From Mantamonas sphyraenae STR306 (Eukaryota; Protista; CRuMs), in the NCBI GenBank assembly GCA_026936335.1, contig JAPMXV010000045.1, positions 310,001 through 374,000 of the forward strand: a DNA stretch of 64,000 nt, in the 5' to 3' direction. Shown here piece by piece: positions 47,633 to 58,417 of this stretch. How positions within the stretch are numbered: position 1 is the stretch's first letter; every line of letters begins with the position of its first letter. The notes under the pieces are model-generated. The model saw nothing but the letters and a program-made list of their open reading frames with translations. It was not told where the DNA came from and made no database searches. The position numbers and the translations under genes are program-made.

Positions 47633-49989
47633 ATGTTCAGCTGGTTCTCCCACAAGGGTGAAGAGGATGCGGCCAAGTTCAACTTGCGTGATGTGTCCCT
47701 CCTCACCGACGAGAAGCGCATCAGGTAAGTGTGGCGACACGTGTTCTGGTTGGGTCCGGCGACCCATTTGCCGTCCGTGCCGCCGTGTGGCCATTCTCCT
47801 ACGGCACATGCGTCGTTCTACGCCTCTTCTAGGCATGTATGTGTTGCATGTGTGCATGTCTGTCCTCTTGCATCCCGTTGTTCTTTGTGCCTGTGTCCGC
47901 GTTCCGCGTATGCCCAGGTTCCTCGATTGCAAAAGGCGACGACAATCTGAGCTGACGCAAGCTTTGCATGCCCATGTGCCCACAGCATGATGTTGCACAC
48001 CGAGTCGGCCAAGATGCAGCAACGCAGTCGCAAGGGACCCATCATTGAGGGTGTGTTTATGTTTGGCATCGACGTGGACAAGCTGGTGACGACAAAAAGC
48101 AGCGGGGAGGAACTGGACCAGCAACAGAACGTCGGCGACGCTGAACAGGCTGGCTTCTTCCTGCGCCAGCCTCCCAGGCAGCTGTTTGCTCTCGACGCAC
48201 GCCAGCGCTTGCAGGAGCTAAAGGACAGTGGCAAGTACAGTGAGTATGTGGCCCTGAACAAGGAGGCGGCGATCCGCGACGTGGCAGGGGGAGACTATGA
48301 TTATGACGAGTACGACGACGACGATGACTATCTGGGTTCGCTGGGCACGGGGCCCAGCACCAATGGCGTTGGCGTGCACACAAACAGCAGCAACAGCAAC
48401 AACAGCAGCAGCAGCAGCAGCAGCAGCAGTAGCAGCGGCAGCGGAAAGGGAAGCAGTGCCGCAAAGGACGAAGGCGACGAACAGGACAAGGAGCAACAGG
48501 ATAGCAGCAGTAGCAACAGCAATGGCAAGCAGAAACAGAGCGACGACGACAAAGAAGAGGACGGCCAACGCGTTCCGCACATGAGCGACACCATGAAGAC
48601 CATGCTGGGCGACTTTTGCTTCCCGGAACAGGTGCTGCTGACCCCCCTCAGCACACACGGGTCGTCAGTGGATCTGATGGCCAGTTCAATGGGACTGGTG
48701 GACGAGGGCGGTGAACATGGAGGGGCACACGTGTTTCAGCTCACCGATGAGTACCACAACGTCATGTACGGCGTTTGCTACCTGTACAACGCCCCAGCGC
48801 TGGACGAACCAACCTTTACAGGCGAGTTCCCAAAGCCCAAACGCACCCCGAGCATGGCCAACATGCGCCTGAGCACCTACCGCGCACCACGTGCCGTCGT
48901 CATCATCTCCCGCTTCCCGTTTTTCCAGCTGTTCAGCGACGTGCTCGAATGTATCATTCGCACCGAGCTGTGGTGCAACGGCACGGGAAGCCAACACACT
49001 CCGCTTGCCAGCTCGTACTCCATGGACTGGAGTGATCATCCTGTGCTGCGCATCATCGACGCACTTGTGACGCTGCCCATCCCGGCACCGGGGTCCAACC
49101 TCACATTCCACGCCCATCACCTCCTCCAGCAGCCCCTCGACTTTTTCATTCCCAGTGCCGACGAAGAGGGTGTGCTGGCAGCCTACTTTGGCATCCCCAG
49201 CATCCTTGACCACATGGACGTGCACACCATCCTGGAAGTCATCAGCTGCATTGTCCTCGAGCGTCGTCTGGTCGTTGTGTGCAACTCGCTGCCCCTGCTC
49301 ACACAGGTTATTTGGGCTCTGGTCGCCCTGTGTCGTCCCTTTTACTGGCAATTTGTGTTTATCCCCGTACTGCCGGCCAAGATGCTCGACTTTGTCGAAG
49401 CGCCCACGCCCTTCATTGTCGGCGTGCTTGATCTGCCAAATGACCTGCGGCAAATCCAAGACGTTTACTACTTGGACGTGATGCAAGGCGAGCTGAGCAC
49501 GCCGAGGCCTTCGGGACGACAGGGCAAGATCAAGCTTGTGTCAAGGCAGCGCACCACGTCGTTTTTCCACCCTGACGGAGAGGCCATCGTACCACGGCTG
49601 CCCCGTTATAATTCTTTGTACAAAAAGTTGGAGCGCATTGTCAACAGCTACCGCAGCAGCGTGCAGCGCTTTTCTCTAACCATCCAGCGACAACTCATCC
49701 GACAAATCTCCGAGTCCGTGGAGCACCACTTTGACAAGCTGAGAATATGACGCAGTTTCTCATCAAAGATACCACGGACGACGTACCTGTCTGCGTCTTT
49801 CTGAAGGACGCCTTTCTGGCGGCAGGCATCGACGACGACGACGAAGAGTGGTTCCGCGAGATCTTGCAAACACAGCAGTTTGAAGACTACACGGACAGAC
49901 GAGTGTCCACCCACGTCAACGAACGCACGAGTGGCAAGACGATTCGTGGCAAGTGGCACGCAGACGGTGACGAGGAGAGCGGAAAATGA
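47633..49989 (+). CDS. DENN-domain Rab GEF; intron 47725-47985; frame break near 49742
   Basis: DFCFP, YGVC, IISRFPFF, LERRL, PFYWQ.VFIPVLP, EAPTPFIVG; dDENN motif F..IL.TQQF in the next frame. Confidence 0.87.
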
Positions 49990-50079
49990 AACGCGTGTGT
50001 TGCATTGTTGCATTGTTCGTTTCGCTCTGCGGCGGCAGGTTGCTGCGCCAGCAGTCAGGGGGTCACCACATGATGGAAG

Positions 50080-53000
50080 CTACAATTCCGCTTCAAAGGC
50101 ACTGTAGGATTCGGTGAGCAGACTGAACAGGATGCCTGCCAGGACGATGCGGTGTTCGTCCTTGCTGCGGCGAGCCTTGTCTGGGTGACAAATGAGGCGA
50201 GCGCGCTTGTACTTACTGGCCACCTGGTCGGGTTCCAGCAGCTGACCCATCCCTGTCTCTTTCCACCCAGAGTTCTCCCACAAGACTTCGTGCAGGTGGG
50301 CCAGCATGACGCGGATGGGCGGCGCGGCTCCCGTGTCATCCTTTGTAAACCACTGTGGCAGGTTGTCGTTAATCTGCTGGGTCAACAGACGCATGCGCTC
50401 CACTTCATCGTTCTCGGCAGCGATGCGGTCGCGCATCGCTGCAGCTGCCTGCTCGCCAGCGGCTGCAGCCTCTGCACGATGCTTTTCCTTCAGCGTGCGT
50501 CGCTCTTCCGTCTCCGGGTCCTGTTTGCTCATGTCCATGCGTTCCATGGGTCGCAAATCTTCGGTCATTTTGACCTTGACGGTGAAACCTTCGCCTCCTG
50601 CGGTGTCGATGTGTTGGTTCAGCGAGGCCAGATCCTCTTCGTTTGTCATCGTGACCGCCATCGACTCCTTAGCCTGGGTTGTGCTCGGCTCGGTGTCAAA
50701 CATGTCAAACACGTGGCCCGAGTTTGAGCGGCTGTTGCTGCTGTTGCTGGAGCGACCGCGGTTGTTGAGTGCGTCCGTGAGCGACACCCCCTCACGATCC
50801 ACGTTGGACAGATGGTCAGACGACTCGGACGTCTCACTGCCTGGTCCCTTGCTGCCTGCTTGGCTTCCCATCGATCGCATCCACTCGCGCACCTTTTCCT
50901 CGTCATGTACAGGCTGTGAGTTGGAGGTCGTCTCTGCACCACCATCGCTGTAGCTCCCCATAGAGGCCATGTCGCTGTCCTCGTCCGAGGCTACATTGCT
51001 TGTTGTGTCTTCCTTTGCTGTTTCTGCCCCCCGGCCTGCAAACGACTGCTGCCAGCTCTTGCTCAGCTTCTCGGCCATGGGGGCGATGCGTTCCGACGCC
51101 TCAGTCATCTTTTGCTGAGCGCCTGCCCATGCGCCCATCAACGTGGAATAGATAGTCCCCTCTTCATCTTGCTGCCCCTGTTGCTGCTGCTGCACCTGTT
51201 GCTTGGGGGATGTTTTCTCAGCGCGCTGCTTCTGCTGCTGCTTCTGCTGAACCTGTGCCTGTGCAGCTGCCTGTACCCTCGCTTTCCTTGCTTTTTCTCG
51301 CTCCTCTTCGTTCAACCGTTGCGCTTCTTCGATCATGGATCGTTTGCTTTGGGTTCCCGGCGACCCAGGCGACTGGCCGCGTTTCTGTTGCCTCACGGGG
51401 CTGGGTGACCCTGATTCGGAACGCTTCTGCACATGCTGCTGCTGTTGCTGTTGCTGCTGTTGCTGCTGTTGCTGTTGCGTGTTGCTGTCATCGTCGTCGT
51501 CGCCAAAGTCGAGAATGAGTTCGCCCGACGCGTCGGTGCGGTTTGGAGACACAAGGCCATGCTGATGGCCATTGCGTGCTCCGGAATTAGAGGTTGCGTT
51601 GGCTGCGGGCGGTGTACCCATGTCAGCACCCAGAATGAACGACTCTTGGCGTTTGGTCTTGGCCGAGGGTGTGCCAAACTGGGACAGTGCAGACATGTCG
51701 AAGCCAAAGCCTTCGGATGCGGACCCGCTGGCTTCTGTGGATGCAGGCGAGCTGTCGCCTGTGGATCCAGAGCTCTGACTGCCATTGGAGGCCAGGGAGC
51801 TGGTCGAGTTGAGCGAGTCGGAGGTGCTGGAGTTGGGGAACGACGGCCAGTTGCCCAACAGCCCTTCGGTGAGGTTGCCCATCGAGTTGGATCGTGTACG
51901 CGTACGCCCTGGTGTGCCAGGACCCTGCGTTTGGTCGTTCTGGTTGCCCTGCTGCTGATCCATCTGGTTCTTCCCGAGCGGCGCCTTGAATCCGTCTTTG
52001 TCGACCACAACTCCAGACACAGAGTCTGTGGCCCCCCGTTGCTGCTGCTGCTGCTGCTGCTGTTGCTGCGACTGACTACCGGAGCCCACGTCAAAATCCC
52101 CAAACACGTTGAGCGACTCCAGGCCGCCCGATTTGCTTCGTGAGTGCGATCGACCGCGTCCGTTGCCCGGATACAGACCTCCGGTGCCATTGGTAGAGCT
52201 GTGTGAAGAGGAGAGTGAGTACATAAAGTGTTGCTGTAATGGGGGGTGGGGAGGTACGGAAGCTTACCTGGTGTTGGTTGAGCCCGAAGCGTTGGTGCTG
52301 CCAAATGCAGAGTAGCCTGTCCCTGTGGACGAGTGGCTGCGCGCATTGGAGTTGGAAGATGCGGACGAACGGCCTTGCAGCGTGGTGAGCAGGTCGTCCT
52401 CGCGGCCAAAGACCGTGCCGGGGTCGGAGTTGGTTTCGTTGCTGCCACTGCCGCCCAGAAAGGTTTCCAGGTTGGAGGGACTCTTTGCTGCGCGGCCTGT
52501 CGAGTTTCCTCCCGATTTCTGTGAGCCCGAGCCCGAGGAGCCAAAGGCCAGTGAGCCGAGGTCGAGATCGTCGAAGCCGCTTCCGGTTCGGCCGGTGTTG
52601 CTTCCGGAGCCACTTGTTCCATAGGAACCAGAGCCCGTGTTGGTCTTGGGGTTGGAGAAGCTTCCAAAGCCTGTGTGGAGCGCGTACGTGGGCGAGATGC
52701 ATGTGTGCAGGGCGGACGAGCGCAGGTGAAGGGTGAGCAAACGGAGGGCCGAATTGCGAGTTTGCGCCGTGAATGTCGACTGGGCAAAGGGACCAGCGGT
52801 GGGCAGTACAGACGGTGGGACATAGGTGAATGCACGCAGAGGCGCATACACACAAAGCGGGTGGGTGGGTGGGTGGAGGAAATGCAAAGTGGGGTGTTGA
52901 TGGCGTGTGTGGGGGAGGCAGGCTAGAAGGGGAAGCGGAAACGCGCGGCGAAAAGACGGGAAACGCACTCGAACCGGTTCGGCCTCGCTGGCCAGAGCCG

Positions 53001-53248
53001 CTGCCAGAGCCGCTGCCACCGCCACCACCACTGGTGGAGAACATGGATGAGTCGACGTGCGCGTGAAAGTGGGATCCCATGACGGGCGTGGTGCGGGAGG
53101 GCTTCGGGGAGGGTTGCATCACCCCCGAGTTGTTGCCGCCGTTGCCACTCTTGCCACGGTTGCCGTTGGAGTTGTTGGCCTTTGTTCCTCCTCCCGAGGA
53201 ATTACCACCTCCCATCCATCCAGAGAGGTCGCCCAAATCCATCGACAT
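50080..53248 (-). CDS. Auxilin-like protein (long low-complexity region, C-terminal J domain), about 3 exons
   Basis: IRVMLAHL..VLW..SGW, YKRARLICHPDK, IL..L.ESY..F. Confidence 0.85.
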
Positions 53249-53317
53249 TGTTGTTTTGGAGGCGTTTTGTTGTCACCTTCTGCGGAAGCCGAAGCACACA
53301 TTTCCAAGCACGCAACC

Positions 53318-53890
53318 ATGCCCAAAAGCGTCGCCACGGTGTATGTGGGTGTCTACGTGGCTGTGGTGGCTATTGTCACTGTGCTTGTGGACTGGCATAA
53401 CGGGTGGACGCGAGCGCAGAGTCTTGGCGATCAGCTGTTCATTGATCTGTCCCCAGTTTTCCAGTACGGCCTTGCCAAGGTTGTGTGGAACGGATTTCTT
53501 TCTGGGTTGGGTGTTTTCGTTGTCTCGATTGTCACGGCGCAGCTTCTGATGTTGTTGATGCCGCACGTGCCGACCGAGCTGCACGCAAACCCAACTTTCC
53601 GCCCTGATTCGGACCCGCGCAAGATCCTGCCCCTGTTTGCGCCACTGTGGTACCAACCGGTACAGCTTGCGCTGCTGATCCTTCTTGAGGGCATTTTTCC
53701 GCCCGGAACAGATGCCGTGCGCAAAGCGGTTTCGCTGCAGATGCTCTTCTGGGCTACAGGGACTGTCCCCGGCCTCTTGATCGACTATTGGACGTACAAC
53801 ACGTCTGCATCTGTACCATTCTTCTTTCTGGTGTCGACACTGATCCAGTCGTACGTGGGTGGAGTCGGTTTGGGATGGGCGCTGGAATAA
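53318..53890 (+). CDS. Hypothetical multi-pass membrane protein
   Basis: 190-aa ORF with about 5 hydrophobic helices. Confidence 0.65.
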   Translation: MPKSVATVYVGVYVAVVAIVTVLVDWHNGWTRAQSLGDQLFIDLSPVFQYGLAKVVWNGFLSGLGVFVVSIVTAQLLMLLMPHVPTELHANPTFRPDSDPRKILPLFAPLWYQPVQLALLILLEGIFPPGTDAVRKAVSLQMLFWATGTVPGLLIDYWTYNTSASVPFFFLVSTLIQSYVGGVGLGWALE

Positions 53891-54053
53891 ACGGCCTTCA
53901 CTGCGCCATGCCAGACACCTGCGATGTTGATGAACCGAGGGGTACACGCAAAAGCACCATACCGACACGTGGGGTGGGGGGAATCCAATGCAGAGGCAAC
54001 GTTGCACCTGCACGAAACTGCACGTGCTCGGCCACCGAAACACAAGAACCAAA

Positions 54054-54879
54054 ATGTCGATTGCCGTTGGTCTGAGCAAGGGTTACTCTCTGGAGAAGCG
54101 TGAGCTGGCTGTGAAGCCGAGCAACCGCCGCGTAAGTTGATGATCGCGAATGTGGAGTGTGCATTGGAGCTGTGAGAGCGAGTCGACTGGCGAGTGATTG
54201 CTTGGCGGAGGGGCGGTTGTGTTTCCGCCAGGGCTGGAGGCGGGAGGCAGGATGCATGGCCACCAAGGTTCAAGAGGGTATGGTATGGCACCAGGGACAC
54301 ATGCAACTGTGTGGGCTGTGTATTGAGCTTGAGCCATACGTGCGCTGTGCGGCGTTGAACCGGTAGCGCATGCATGGTTTGCTTGTGCGACCCTACCTTG
54401 CTGTACAGGTGTCATCCAATGTCATCCGTGCCTGGTGGCGGTGTATCGTTGTCTGTGGACCATACGAATTGCCATCCGGTACCGTGTGTGACCACGCTGC
54501 GTGTGTACAGGCACGATTTGTGAGCGCGAGCCGAGCTCCACGCGCAAGTGCAAAATCGCCCTTTTGCTGACACTGGCCGTTTTCTCCACCATTGACTTGT
54601 GTACAGAGCACCACCGCTACCAGGAACAAGATTGTGCGTGACCTGATCCGCGAGGTGTCCGGTCTGGCTCCGTATGAGCGCCGCATCATCGAACTGCTGC
54701 GTGTGAACAAGGACAAGCGCGCCCTGAAGCTGGCCAAGGCCCGCCTGGGAACGCACCAGCGTGCCAAGAAGAAGCGTGAGGACATGGCTGTGATCCTGCG
54801 CGAGATGAACCGCGCCATGGCTGAGGCTGCCAGGGCTGAGAAGAAGGCCAAGGACGCCGCTGCTGGCAAGAAGGAGTAA
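54054..54879 (+). CDS. RPL36: 60S ribosomal protein L36, copy 1; intron 54132-54606
   Basis: [12 protein letters not shown]|[37 protein letters not shown]. Confidence 0.96.
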
Positions 54880-55374
54880 GTCGGAGCGCATGGGGCACTT
54901 CGCAAACGGCCGGAACGGAAGTAGCAGCTCGACAAAAGGGGGGCTGGAACCGAGACACCTGTGAAGGGTGTTGGAGGGGAAGGCTCGATACAGATTCAAT
55001 CATCGGAATTGCATGTGGGCACTTACGGGACGGCTGTGGCGGAACTGGACGAGCCTGTGTTGTTGGGAGTGATGATGGAAGAGAGGCACAGGAGGAGGGA
55101 GACTGGTGGCAAGTGGAGGGAGGCGTGACATGTCGAAATGGAACGTTTGCTTTGGCTTGTCTGTGCAGCTGTGCCGTTGTGGTTGCCGTGTTGACGTTTT
55201 GTTCCACCGGCACGCAGCCATAATGCGCGAATGAGCGAAATGAGCCCCGTGATGAAGGTCTTGGCACATGTGTGCCACCGGTAGCCATCGTGACATGCAT
55301 GAACTGGGTCGTGCGCTCCTTGGGACGTTCAGATCAGAATGCGCTTGCTCGGCCACCGAAACACAAGAACCAAA

Positions 55375-56206
55375 ATGTCGATTGCCGTTGGTCTGAGCAA
55401 GGGTTACTCTCTGGAGAAGCGTGAGCTGGCTGTGAAGCCGAGCAACCGCCGCGTAAGTTGATGATCGCGAGTGTGGAGTGTGCAATGGAGCTGTGAGAGC
55501 GAGTCGACTGGCGAGTGATTGCTGGCGGAGGGGCGGTTGTGTTTCCGCCAGGGCTGGAGGCGGGAGGCAGGATGCATGGCCGCCAAGGTGCAAAGAGGGT
55601 ATGGTATGGCACCAGGGACACACACACACGAGTGCTGTGTCTGCATCCCGCTCGCATCGACGCGGGCGACGGCACTTGGACCATGCACGCATGCGCCCTC
55701 TGCCCACACTCTGCCGTCTCCTGTAGGCGGCTTGTCCGTCCTCTGCGCTTGGTCGGCTGTCATCTGCCCCACATGTGGACAAATCACACGTGGACGGAAC
55801 TCCGGTACCGTGTGTGACCACGCTGCGTGTGTACAGGCACGATTTGTGAGCGCGAGCCGAGCTCCACGCGCAAGTGCAAAATCGCCCCTTTTGCTGACAC
55901 TGGCCGTTTTCTCCACCATTGACCCGTATACAGAGCACCACCGCTACCAGGAACAAGATTGTGCGTGACCTGATCCGCGAGGTGTCCGGTCTGGCTCCGT
56001 ATGAGCGCCGCATCATCGAACTGCTGCGTGTGAACAAGGACAAGCGCGCCCTGAAGCTGGCCAAGGCCCGCCTGGGAACGCACCAGCGCGCCAAGAAGAA
56101 GCGTGAGGACATGGCTGTGATCCTGCGTGAGATGAACCGCGCCATGGCTGAGGCTGCCAGGGCTGAGAAGAAGGCCAAGGACGCCGCTGCTGGCAAGAAG
56201 GAGTAA
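55375..56206 (+). CDS. RPL36: 60S ribosomal protein L36, copy 2; intron 55453-55933
   Basis: Same protein as copy 1. Confidence 0.96.
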
Positions 56207-56505
56207 GTCGGAGCGCATGGGGCACTTCGCAAACGGCTGGAACGGAAGTAGCAGCTCGACAAAAGGGGGGCTGGAACCGAGACACCTGTGAAGGGTGTTG
56301 GAGGGGAAGGCTCGATACAGATTCAATCATCGGAATTGCATGTGGGCACTTGCGGGACGGCTGTGGCGGAACTGGACGAGCCTGTGTTGTTGGGAGTGAT
56401 GATGGAAGAGAGGCACAGGAGGAGGGAGACTGGTGGCAAGTGGAGGGAGGCGTGACATGTCGAAATGGAACGTTTGCTTGGGCTTGTCTGTGTGTTCATT
56501 TTGTC

Positions 56506-58369
56506 TCAAGTGAGCAGCGCCTTCAGCATGCTGTACCGCTTCTGTGTACAGTGCACAATGGCCTTTTGCAGCGCATGCATAGACTCGTACTTGTTGTCTT
56601 CGTATGAGAACAGATCGCGTGCGTAGTCGATCATGTGGTCCCGGAAAGCCTGACACAACTCGGGCAGATCGACCGTCGAGTTGATTTGCTCCTTGCGCAG
56701 CAGGAAGCAGCTGGCCAGGAAGGGTGAAATCTGCATGCTGAGGTCGTAAAAGTGGGCCATGAATCCGTTGTGCTTCTTGAGGGCGCGTTTCTTGGCTGCG
56801 ATCAGCTGGACGACCATGGTTTCCAGCGCATAGCGGGGCGCCGGCATCCAAGAACTCTGTACAATGCTCAGCAGGGCTGATGTCCACGGAGGAGGTGAGC
56901 GTGGGGGATCTCCTTTGACGCGGAATACGCGGCGGTGGTGGTTACCTTGGGGAGGCGAGTCCAAGTCGTCAAAGGCGTCAAAGAGCATAAAGTCGAGCAC
57001 AACGTCGTACAGGCTCATCGACACCACCCTGCGCGCTTGAAGCTCCTCAAACATTGCGTGCGATCCCTCCTCTGTGCTCAGCTGCTTCTCTGTGTACGAC
57101 AGCAGCTTATCGTAGCTGTCGAGAAAGGGACGCGGATCCTCGCCGCCTTTTCGCGTGTGTGTGTGTGTGTGTGTGTGGTATCGTGTGTCAGTAAGCGCAC
57201 AGCCGGTAGCCAACGCAGCAACAGGGAAGGATGGACAACTCACCCTTGTGGAGGAGCATGCTGAAGAGATTGCGACCGTATTTGCGGAATTGGTTGACCA
57301 CAGCTTGGTCCACCATGACGTGTTCAAACGCCTCGCGCAGACAGTGCAGCTTGACCAGAAACTCCTCGTTGGAGGCACAGCCGCAAAGCTTGGTGCGACG
57401 CAGACGGTAGGGGACGGCATTGACCTGGATGGTCTCCTGCGTCTGCTTGTAGTAGTCGTCGCGGAAGCCGTCGACCGAAAACGAGACGTACAGGGCCTCG
57501 TCCACGTCGTACTCCACCTCCTCGTCACTCTCCATGTCCTGCTCCAGCAGCAAAATCGACTCTTCAGGCAGCCTGTGCTCCCTTCGTGCTTCGTACTCTG
57601 CCTCGATGGCCTGCAGGTCCACCGGACCGTCAAACTCGAGAAATTCGGAGGACGCCGAGACAAAGCTGGGCACACGCAGAGAAGGTGGACACAGGCGTGG
57701 TGGGGTGCGCACGGAGTGTGAGCGGGGGTGTGTTCAGGTGGTTGGGGTAGGGTCTGTGGGGGGGAAGGGATCAATGCGTGTGTGTGGCTGTGCGCTGGCG
57801 TACCTGTCCGTGGAGCGAGCGCGCGGACGGCGGAAGGGAAGTGCGAACGCCTCTTCGTCGAGCTCGTGCACAAGCACATTGAGTTCACTCAGTCGCTGTG
57901 CACTCAACTCAATCCATGCATGCTGGTCCATGCTTTGGCTGGTGTTTGCCTCTTCGTCCCAGGTCAGGGCCGCAGCCGCACTCCACTGCGCCTGCGCCTG
58001 CTTCAGCGCAGTGATCCCCAGCTCGAACTCGTCCTGCCCGCCCGATTGCGCGTCTTGCTGGCGACCAGCTGAGCGTTGCTGGCCGCCTGTGTTGATACTG
58101 GATGTCTGTGTGGCGTGGAAGGGAGTGTCGAGCATGGTGCTGCTGTCTGTGTCCTGGTTGGCACGCGAACTGAGCAGGCTGTGATTCGAACTTGGCGCGC
58201 GAGCAGCCGCTTTGCTTCCGCTGGACGAGGAGGAGGCAGAGTTGGCCAAAGCAGTAGCCACAGCTGCAGCCACACCCACAGCCACGCCTCCAGCAAGCAC
58301 CAAACCGCCTGACCCTCCTTCGTTGGACAAGTAGCGGCGAATATTCAACCTCTTGGCGATGCTTTCCAT
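56506..58369 (-). CDS. MIGA: Mitoguardin (FAM73/MIGA) homologue; exons 57804-58369, 57244-57665, 56946-57146, 56506-56876
   Basis: N-terminal TM; RTKLCGC..NEEFLVKLHCLREAF, EL..RRV, YDVVLDFMLFDAFDDLDSPP, GFMAHFY..S..ISP. Confidence 0.88.
57155..57177. repeat. (GT)n microsatellite in a MIGA intron
   Basis: Directly visible. Confidence 0.85.
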
Positions 58370-58417
58370 CTCTCGGGATGCGCCGCTCTGCGAAATCAAA
58401 CCTTTTGGATTGCGTGG

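Larger units (their letters stand above)
54025..56492 (+). repeat. Tandem duplication of the RPL36 locus (54025-55164 and 55346-56492)
   Basis: Near-identical from about 28 nt before the ATG to about 290 nt after the stop, except a non-homologous intron core. Confidence 0.95.

Noticed and set aside
47918-47990. Apparent second ATGA overlap or frameshift at the DENN 5' end
   Set aside because: Explained by a phase-consistent intron 47725-47985 with a GCTGAC branch site
49747-49989. Independent gene starting at an ATGA overlap
   Set aside because: It encodes the dDENN part of the upstream protein, so a 1-nt indel is more parsimonious
54137-54146. C/D-box snoRNA from TGATGA near the intron start
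   Set aside because: Directly abuts the 5' splice site; no suitably placed CTGA D box or terminal stem found
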